Source: Proteobacteria bacterium CAG:495
GTDB lineage: Bacteria; Pseudomonadota; Alphaproteobacteria; RF32; CAG-239
Reading direction: 5' to 3'
DNA length: 64,000 bases
NCBI GenBank assembly: GCA_000432275.1
Contig: HF995314.1
Span: 42,313 to 106,312, forward strand
Below, one piece after another: positions 57,266-64,000 of the stretch. Position 1 is the first letter of the stretch, and every line of letters starts with the position of its first letter. Made by a program: the position numbers and the translations under genes. The notes below the pieces were generated by a model, which searched no databases, was not told the origin of the DNA, and saw only the letters and a program-made list of their open reading frames with translations.

Positions 57266-57883
57266 ATGAAAATGACGAATCCTAATCTGATTGAAATCAA
57301 CGACCCGCATTTTATTGTAGAGTTAATGTATGCGGGGACTAACCACAATATGACCGGACAGCCCGTTTATCAGCAAATCGGCTTCGGCAACAAGGCGTTT
57401 GTGCATAAAGACCTTTGGGACAAACTGAAAAATCTGATTCCGTTTCTGGAGCAAAAAGGCTGGAAGCTTAAAATTTATGACGCATACCGACCGCCGCTGG
57501 CGCATCAGAAATTGCGCGAGGTCATTCCCCAACCGGGATTTTTTGCACTTGATCCCGCTATTTCGCCTCATTGCAGAGCTACGGCCATAGATGTGGCCCT
57601 GATTGACGAAAACGGCCGTGAATTTGTTTATCCGACCGCCGTCGACGCTTATGACGCCTATTACGCCAAAGAAGTTCAGGCCGGACGCAGCGACGAATTT
57701 TTTAATTATTTGAAAAAGGCGCGGCATGATTACGAAGACGCCGACAATTCAACAGCAATCGCAAACCGCAGGCTGCTGAAAGAGACAATGGAAAGCATCG
57801 GTTTGAAAGCCCTGCCCCACGAATGGTGGCACTATGAGCTTCCGGACGGTCGTACGGAAAAGTATCCGATGATTCAGAATTAA
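57266..57883 (+). CDS. D-Ala-D-Ala dipeptidase-like zinc peptidase (M15D, VanX/DdpX family)
   Basis: ELMYAGTNHNMTG (VanX-like) and the Zn ligand block SPHCRATAIDVAL (S-x-H-x2-G-x-A-x-D). Confidence 0.8.
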   Translation: MKMTNPNLIEINDPHFIVELMYAGTNHNMTGQPVYQQIGFGNKAFVHKDLWDKLKNLIPFLEQKGWKLKIYDAYRPPLAHQKLREVIPQPGFFALDPAISPHCRATAIDVALIDENGREFVYPTAVDAYDAYYAKEVQAGRSDEFFNYLKKARHDYEDADNSTAIANRRLLKETMESIGLKALPHEWWHYELPDGRTEKYPMIQN

Positions 57884-57918
57884 AAAAAATCCCCCCGTTT
57901 TTACGAGGGGATTTTTTT
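57882..57918. terminator. bidirectional rho-independent terminator between the M15 peptidase gene and secB
   Basis: AAATCCCC / GGGGATTT stem flanked by A8 upstream and T-runs downstream. Confidence 0.7.
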
Positions 57919-57924
57919 GTTTTT

Positions 57925-58413
57925 TTAATTCTTGGCTGCTGCAGAAGGTTCCGCTTTGGCGTTACGGGCACGATTTTGATACATTGCCATAAAGTCAATC
58001 GGCGTCAGCATCAGGGGCGGCAGGCCGCCGTTGAACAAAATGGTGCTGATTGCCTGGCGGGCATAAGGGAACAGCATATGCGGAATTTCTATCATCAAGA
58101 CCGGTTCAACGTGTTCCTGAGGAACATTAAGCGAAACAACGCAGGAATAAACCATTTCCAAAATAAAGAATTTTTTAGAAGGAACATCGCCGTCAATACG
58201 GAAGCTCAAGTCGACGCTGAACTGATTGTCCTGAATATGGTCGGCGTTTATATTAACGTCGATGTTAATTTGCGGCTGGCTCTTAACCTCGCTGAAGATT
58301 CCGGGAGCGTGGGGGATTTCCAAAGACAAGTCTTTGATAAATTGTGAATGAATCATAATCGGGGGCTGCGGCTGCTGATTGTTTTCAGGGGTTTGAGCTT
58401 CTTTTTTAGCCAT
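57925..58413 (-). CDS. secB: protein-export chaperone SecB
   Basis: MLFPYARQAISTILFNGGLPPLMLTPIDFMAMY aligns with E. coli SecB [33 protein letters not shown]. 162 aa. Confidence 0.9.
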   Translation of the reverse strand: MAKKEAQTPENNQQPQPPIMIHSQFIKDLSLEIPHAPGIFSEVKSQPQINIDVNINADHIQDNQFSVDLSFRIDGDVPSKKFFILEMVYSCVVSLNVPQEHVEPVLMIEIPHMLFPYARQAISTILFNGGLPPLMLTPIDFMAMYQNRARNAKAEPSAAAKN

Positions 58414-58546
58414 AATAAAATTCTCCTATGTATTAGATATCAGTTAAGTTTTACACTCAAAATTTGTTAAGGTCAAATAATAATAACAGTTGATAATAGT
58501 TATAAATAAGCTATATTTATGATAACGAAAAGAGGGATAAAAAATA

Positions 58547-59227
58547 ATGATGTCACATTTGGATATTATCATTCTGCTGGTTGTTGTTTTTGTCGTTTTT
58601 CAAAAGCTGAAGAGCTTGTTGGGAACCAGGCCGGAAGAAGAAAAAAGAGTTCACCTGAGCAAAGAAAGCGCCGAAAAGCTTTATGACCTGCTTATCAAGG
58701 AAGCCGAGGAAAAGGGCCTGCGCTCACATCAGGCAGCCGAGGTTGCAGAGCCGGAAGAGCTTACGCCGGTCGACACCGAAGAAATGAGCGAGCTGGATAA
58801 AACCCTGGCAGAAATTCCAAATTTCAGCAAAGTCCGCTTTGTAGATTCCGCGCAACAGGCGTTTCAAGTTATTACCGAGGCCTTTAACAATGCCGACGTT
58901 GAAACTTTGGAAATGCTGGTAAGCAAAAATATTCTGAAAAAATTTCAGGAAGTTATTGAAAAGCGCAAGGGCGAAAACATTTCCGCCGAAACCGACTTCA
59001 TTTGTTTTGACAAAGTGGAAATCACCAAAGCGGAAATCACCGCCAAAGGAATTGCGCGCATCAGCGTAGAGTTTGTCTCCGAACAGGTTAACGTTCTGCG
59101 CGACGCCGAAGGCAACGTTATCGAGGGCGACGAAAATTATATTCAGAACATTACCGACGTATGGACTTTTGAACGGGCATTGACCTCCACAACCCCTAAC
59201 TGGATTTTGGTATCGACTAAAAAATAA
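58547..59227 (+). CDS. Tim44-like domain protein
   Basis: N-terminal TM, charged linker and C-terminal NTF2-like Tim44 domain (VDSAQQAFQVITEAF...ITDVWTFER). The conserved alphaproteobacterial position is next to secB and mltA. Confidence 0.8.
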   Translation: MMSHLDIIILLVVVFVVFQKLKSLLGTRPEEEKRVHLSKESAEKLYDLLIKEAEEKGLRSHQAAEVAEPEELTPVDTEEMSELDKTLAEIPNFSKVRFVDSAQQAFQVITEAFNNADVETLEMLVSKNILKKFQEVIEKRKGENISAETDFICFDKVEITKAEITAKGIARISVEFVSEQVNVLRDAEGNVIEGDENYIQNITDVWTFERALTSTTPNWILVSTKK

Positions 59228-60411
59228 TGTTAAAAAAACTTTTGCAATTGACCCTGGTAAGCCTGCTGTTCAGCGCCTGCGGCGAAGAACAGAAAAGCGT
59301 TTCTCCGCAAACGCAGGAAAAACCGGAGCTGCAGTTGCAGCAAGCCAGTTTCAGAGAACTTAACGGTTTTTCACAAGACAATCTGACCGAGGCTTTTCAC
59401 GCATTTGAGCTCAGCTGCAACGCTATAGACAAGATAAAAACCCCTTATCTGGGAACGTCGGAAATCAAAGTTCCGACCAAAGAATATCAAAAAGTATGCG
59501 CCCGTTTTCGGAAAACGCCGCCCAAGAATTTTCGCACCTTTCTGGAACAAACGTTTCAACCGTATCTTGTCGTTTTTCAGGGCAGCAGCGAAGGAAAATT
59601 TACATCATATTATGAGGCGGCACTGTATGCTTCCCGTACTCCCAGCGAGCGCTATAAGTATCCCATTTACGGTAAGCCGGATGACCTCATTGAGTTTAAT
59701 CCCCGGGATTTTGACCCGGAAATGCCCTCCCGCAGACTGGTGGGCAGAGTGGAAGGCCAAAAGCTGGTTCCTTATTATACCCGGAGGGAAATTGTAAGCG
59801 GAACGTTTGACGCCCCGGTTATTTTATGGGCAGACAGCTATGTCGACATTTACGTGATGCAGATTCAAGGCTCTGCCGTTGCAAGGCTTGACGACGGCAG
59901 TGACGTTCGCATCGGCTTTGCCGACACTAACGGCCGCGAGTTTAAGGGAATCGGCAGCATCCTTTTGGAGAACAAATTAATTCCGCCGGGACAGGCTTCC
60001 ATGGGCAACATTAAACGCTGGCTGAAAGAAAACGCCGCGGCGGCACTCGACCATATGAACGACAACAAACGCTACGTATTTCATCGGCTGGTTGAAGCGG
60101 AAGGACCTATCGGCGCCTTGGGCGTTCCGCTGACGGCAGGGCGTTCGCTGGCCGTTGACAAAAGATACATTCCGCTGGGTGTTCCGTTATGGCTGGAAAC
60201 AACCGGGCCTCATCACGAAAAGATTGAAAGACTGGTTATGGCCCAAGACATTGGCGGGGCAATCAAAGGTGGTGTCCGAGGCGATTATTTTTGGGGCAGC
60301 GGCGACGACAGCGTTTTGGAACTGGCGGGAAAAATGAATTCTAAAGGACGTTACTTTATCCTGTTGCCCAAAAACGTTCAACTTCAAGGATTAATGACAA
60401 ATGAGCGCTAA
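59227..60411 (+). CDS. mltA: membrane-bound lytic murein transglycosylase A (MltA) lipoprotein
   Basis: Lipobox LLFSAC. The size of about 390 aa, conserved Asp-containing blocks and the synteny tim44-mltA-smr support the call. Confidence 0.75.
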   Translation: MLKKLLQLTLVSLLFSACGEEQKSVSPQTQEKPELQLQQASFRELNGFSQDNLTEAFHAFELSCNAIDKIKTPYLGTSEIKVPTKEYQKVCARFRKTPPKNFRTFLEQTFQPYLVVFQGSSEGKFTSYYEAALYASRTPSERYKYPIYGKPDDLIEFNPRDFDPEMPSRRLVGRVEGQKLVPYYTRREIVSGTFDAPVILWADSYVDIYVMQIQGSAVARLDDGSDVRIGFADTNGREFKGIGSILLENKLIPPGQASMGNIKRWLKENAAAALDHMNDNKRYVFHRLVEAEGPIGALGVPLTAGRSLAVDKRYIPLGVPLWLETTGPHHEKIERLVMAQDIGGAIKGGVRGDYFWGSGDDSVLELAGKMNSKGRYFILLPKNVQLQGLMTNER

Positions 60412-60910
60412 AAAGATTTTTAACCGTGCCGACCAATTGGCGTATCACGCCTTGCAAAAGGCCATAGAGCAAGACAAGCTTCGCATTTATCTGGATTACG
60501 GAAAAGTCAACCGTCCGCTTTCGCCGGTTTATGACCCTTGGGAAACACTGCTGCCGATACTGATTCCGATTTTGATTGGTTTGATTTTCATTGTCGCGGT
60601 CGGCGTTATCTTCGGGCTGCTTTTCATTGTGGGAATGATTTTCGTTTATTCCGGAGTTGTCAAAAAACGTCTGCATCAGAGAATTATTCAGCGAACCAAA
60701 GACTGCATCATCTCTGGATATGACAATTTTATCAACCTTTGGACATTCGGCGGAATCGTGCTGGTAAACGCAGCCAATAAAAAAATAGGCTGCGTGGCTC
60801 CCGAGGGTGACTGGAAAGAATTTGTGGTTATTAACTATGCCGATTTGATGATTGACCATAAAGAAGAAAAAAACGATGAAAAATCTGACAAGCAACCTAA
60901 AGCCGATTGA
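60401..60910 (+). CDS. hypothetical membrane protein (2 TM)
   Basis: Hydrophobic core LLPILIPILIGLIFIVAVGVIFGLLFIVGMIFVY. Overlaps the mltA stop by 11 nt. Confidence 0.5.
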   Translation: MSAKKIFNRADQLAYHALQKAIEQDKLRIYLDYGKVNRPLSPVYDPWETLLPILIPILIGLIFIVAVGVIFGLLFIVGMIFVYSGVVKKRLHQRIIQRTKDCIISGYDNFINLWTFGGIVLVNAANKKIGCVAPEGDWKEFVVINYADLMIDHKEEKNDEKSDKQPKAD

Positions 60911-61421
60911 TGACGGCGCATGGGAAGAGGCATTGAAAGGCGTAAAAAAGCTCCCGCAGAAAGAAGTCCCTCCCGAAGCACCGCTGATAATCGACGACAT
61001 TGAACCGACAGTCAATTACGCCAAGGCTTACAGCGGCGCGTCGTTAAAACCCCTAGGCGTAGGAGAAACTGACAATATTGACCGCAGGACCGCCGAAAAA
61101 TTCAAGCGCGGCGAATTTCCCATCCAACGGACGCTCGACTTACACGGCTTGACGGAAAAAGATGCCTTTGACGCAGTTGAAGCGTTTATAAAAAACGTTT
61201 ACTTGGACGGTTTGCGGTGTGTTTTAATCATTACCGGAAAAGGTACCCGGCGGGAAGACGACGACTGGTTTGAGAGCAAAGGCATATTGAAAGACAGGGT
61301 ACCGCAATGGCTTAACACTCCCGAACTTCGCCCGCTGATTTTGAGCTTTTCCCACGCCATGCCGGCTGACGGCGGCGAAGGCGCATTATACGTTTTGCTG
61401 CGCCGTCACCGCAACGGTTAA
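60852..61421 (+). CDS. Smr-domain protein (possible later start at 60876)
   Basis: C-terminal Smr core LDLHGLTEKDAFDAVEAFIKNVYLDGLRCVLIITGKG. Confidence 0.75.
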   Translation: MTIKKKKTMKNLTSNLKPIDDGAWEEALKGVKKLPQKEVPPEAPLIIDDIEPTVNYAKAYSGASLKPLGVGETDNIDRRTAEKFKRGEFPIQRTLDLHGLTEKDAFDAVEAFIKNVYLDGLRCVLIITGKGTRREDDDWFESKGILKDRVPQWLNTPELRPLILSFSHAMPADGGEGALYVLLRRHRNG

Positions 61422-63203
61422 CTAATCCCGTTTGTTTTTAAACTGCGCGTTATAAAGTGCACGATAGGCGCCGTCTTCCAGTTCCAGAAGCTGCTCATGC
61501 GTTCCCTGCTCCACGATTTCGCCATCATTGACGACGATAATTTCATCGGCATTGCGGATGGTTGACAAGCGGTGCGCAATGACAAACACGGTGCGATCCT
61601 GCATCAGGTTTTCAATTGCCTTTTGAACCACGGCCTCAGCCTTGTTGTCGAGTGCAGAGGTTGCCTCATCAAGAATTACTATCGGCGCGTTTTTAATGAA
61701 TGCCCGCGCTATTGCCAAACGCTGCCGCTGGCCGCCGGAAAGCAGCGCGCCGCGCTCGCCGATGTCCGTATCCAGGCCGCTTTCCTGTTCGCTGACAAAT
61801 TCATCAAGATACGCCATTTGCAACGCATGATGTATTTCGGCATCCGTCGCGTCCGGTTTGCCCAGCAAAATATTGTCGCGAATGGTTCCCGAAAACAGGA
61901 AATTGTCTTGAAAAACCACGGCAATCTTATTACGCAAGCTTTCCAGGGTCAAATCCCGGATGTCGTGCCCGTCAATTTTAACAGAGCCGGATGCTACGTC
62001 ATAAAAACGGGGAATCAAATTGACGAAAGTGGATTTGCCGCCGCCGGAGTTTCCGACCAGGGCCAACGTCGTTCCCGCTTTTACCGTCAGATTAATGTTT
62101 TTGAGTACCGGCGTACCGGGATTGTATTCAAAAGAAACATCTTTGAAAACAATGTTTTTGGAAACCTTTTTCAGTTCGAGGGCTTCCGGCTTGTTTTTAA
62201 TATCAGGTTCAAGAGCCAGAATATCCGCGACGCGCTCGATTGCAAGAAAAGATACCTGAACCGCGCTAAAGTTTTTGCCGATATTCTTAATCGGGTTGTA
62301 GAGCATAATCAATGCGGTTATGAACGAAACGAAGTTACCGCTGGTGATGCTGCCGTTAACAATCAAATAGCTGCCATAGCCAATAACGGCACCGACACCG
62401 ATAGAAACGACGACGTGAAGCATGGGCGTCATCCAGGCAGTCTTCTGAACCATTTTAATGCCCAGCTTAAAAAGTTTGCGCAGGGTTTCATCATATTTGG
62501 CAAAAATCCGCTGCTGGAGGTTATAGGAGGCAATGGTCTTGTTGCCGGCATAAGTTTCGTTGTAGTTGGTGAAAATGGTCGAGTTTTCCTGCACGGTTTT
62601 GTAAATAACGTCCTTAATCATCCGACGCACCTGAGCCAGCGGCAGCAGTGCAAAACAAAGCACGACGATGGCGATGATGGAAAGCTGCCAGGAATTGTAA
62701 ATCAAGACGCCTATAAGCGACAAAGAAGAAAAGATGCGGGAACTGAACAAGCGGACATTTTCTATCAACCCGGTACAAGAGGCGTCGGCGTCGGCAGAAA
62801 AGCGCTGAATGATATAACCGGAATCATTTTTGTCATAAAACGAAGGCGACAAAAACAACAGTTTTTTAAATAAGGCCCGTTTAACGTCCATATTGATTTT
62901 GGCGCCGACCCAGGAGTTCATATAAGTCGCAATGTAGTTCAACGCTCCCTGGACCACGGTAAAGGCGACAATCAACAACGGAATATAAGCAGGAGACTGC
63001 GCAGTCTTATCGACCAGCACAATATCCATATACGGTTTTAACGCCAAAGCAACGACGGCATCCAGCGCACCGATGGGAATGCTCAGAAAGACTGCAAAAA
63101 TAGCACGAAACAGATAAGGACGCACAAACGGCCACATGGTTCGATAATGGTCCATAAATTTTAATTTCGGCGCCTGTACCTGCTTTGATAATTTTTCCAT
63201 CAT
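61422..63203 (-). CDS. ABC exporter, fused permease-ATPase (MsbA/lipid A export-like)
   Basis: Six-TM N-terminal domain. Walker A GNSGGGKST, signature LSGGQRQRLAIARA and Walker B IVILDEATSALD. Confidence 0.9.
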   Translation of the reverse strand: MMEKLSKQVQAPKLKFMDHYRTMWPFVRPYLFRAIFAVFLSIPIGALDAVVALALKPYMDIVLVDKTAQSPAYIPLLIVAFTVVQGALNYIATYMNSWVGAKINMDVKRALFKKLLFLSPSFYDKNDSGYIIQRFSADADASCTGLIENVRLFSSRIFSSLSLIGVLIYNSWQLSIIAIVVLCFALLPLAQVRRMIKDVIYKTVQENSTIFTNYNETYAGNKTIASYNLQQRIFAKYDETLRKLFKLGIKMVQKTAWMTPMLHVVVSIGVGAVIGYGSYLIVNGSITSGNFVSFITALIMLYNPIKNIGKNFSAVQVSFLAIERVADILALEPDIKNKPEALELKKVSKNIVFKDVSFEYNPGTPVLKNINLTVKAGTTLALVGNSGGGKSTFVNLIPRFYDVASGSVKIDGHDIRDLTLESLRNKIAVVFQDNFLFSGTIRDNILLGKPDATDAEIHHALQMAYLDEFVSEQESGLDTDIGERGALLSGGQRQRLAIARAFIKNAPIVILDEATSALDNKAEAVVQKAIENLMQDRTVFVIAHRLSTIRNADEIIVVNDGEIVEQGTHEQLLELEDGAYRALYNAQFKNKRD

Positions 63204-63264
63204 AAGTCCTTAAGTGTTTTAACAATGTTCATAATAAAGAAAGTTTGAAAAGTTGCAAGCCCGA

Positions 63265-63702
63265 TTAAAGCAAGTGCAAAAACTTCAAAATGACCCATAC
63301 GGCAACAAATTCCATTACAATCATCAGCAGATACATTGCCTGATAGCTTTTCTTGGAAATTTTGTGGCGAAAAAACCTTTGCGCCAGATATGCTCCCAGC
63401 CAGCCGCCGAGAAACTCCAGCGTATGGAGCTGGATTTCGGGAACACGCCAGTTTCCCCTGACGGCAGCACGCTTGTCGACGCCATAGGCTATGAAAGTAA
63501 CGACATTAATCGAAATCAGCTGAAACACCAGAAAAAGCATTATGGTTTTATAGCTAAAAACGCTGGCGGTAAAATAATGCGTCTCGATAAAATAAGCCGC
63601 CCCAATAATCAACGCGCTGTTCAAGATAAAAAAACGATTGCGCTGCAACGGGCGAATCAAAGCTATCAGCCCCAAAAGAATCGTCGAAAACGTGATAACC
63701 AT
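63265..63702 (-). CDS. DUF1294-family membrane protein
   Basis: YGVDKRAAVRGNWRVPEIQLHTLEFLGGWLGAYLAQRFFRHK matches the DUF1294 signature. Confidence 0.7.
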   Translation of the reverse strand: MVITFSTILLGLIALIRPLQRNRFFILNSALIIGAAYFIETHYFTASVFSYKTIMLFLVFQLISINVVTFIAYGVDKRAAVRGNWRVPEIQLHTLEFLGGWLGAYLAQRFFRHKISKKSYQAMYLLMIVMEFVAVWVILKFLHLL

Positions 63703-63853
63703 AAAATTTCCTCATGTTTTAATAACCGGAGGGAGTTTAGTATAATTTAATTTAAAATGCAAATAGTGAATAAGTAAAAAATTATAATGTGAATTTGTAA
63801 AATAGCCGATATAATCCGGATTAAGAAATGATGAAACGCAAAGGATGATTTTG

Positions 63854-64000
63854 ATGAAAAAACAAAGCTTATGGCTTCTGCTGTTGGTTGCCGCCTGCAC
63901 TGCGGGAAATGTCCGTTATGAAGAACGCATTATCATAGAAGAGCCTTATCTTCCGGAATCCGAAAAGCGCTATATCGGCGCACCGGAGCGCGATTTGGGC
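63854..64000 (+). CDS. lipoprotein, N-terminal fragment (runs off window)
   Basis: MKKQSLWLLLLVAACTAG contains a lipobox. The ORF is open to the window end. Confidence 0.4.
   Translation, partial: MKKQSLWLLLLVAACTAGNVRYEERIIIEEPYLPESEKRYIGAPERDLG

Overview
This is a 64-kb bacterial chromosomal window of moderate GC content. Gene content and synteny look alphaproteobacterial: a sigma-54 -24/-12 promoter sits in front of a flgI-flgJ(rod-binding)-flgK-flgL operon, there is a FlaF regulator, and the block secB-tim44-mltA-smr is present. Identifiable core genes are murE, a divergent GNAT/LysR pair, the flagellar operon, two RND efflux operons (TetR-MFP-RND, and hydrolase-MFP-RND-OMF with overlapping start/stop codons), a glgB-glgX-malQ glycogen operon, tRNA-Leu(CAA), galE, thrS, a BatA/BatB/BatD aerotolerance-type operon, and an MsbA-like ABC exporter. 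Four things stand out. (1) A giant Cys-rich secreted protein of about 2,070 aa, built from about 20 copies of a Y-x2-C-x-C-[PG]-x2-Y-x3-C module, is split into two ORFs by a 28-bp tandem duplication. (2) The TetR/AcrR repressor upstream of the first RND pump is split the same way by a 34-bp tandem duplication. Both insertions are 3n+1 nt long and both have two mismatches between copies. (3) A second Cys-rich protein with the same module and 4 x 29-aa tandem repeats is translationally coupled to two paralogous nucleotidyltransferase-fold proteins (ANT(4')/Lnu-like). (4) Three tandem paralogous orphan proteins follow that operon. No transposases, integrases or CRISPR arrays were seen.
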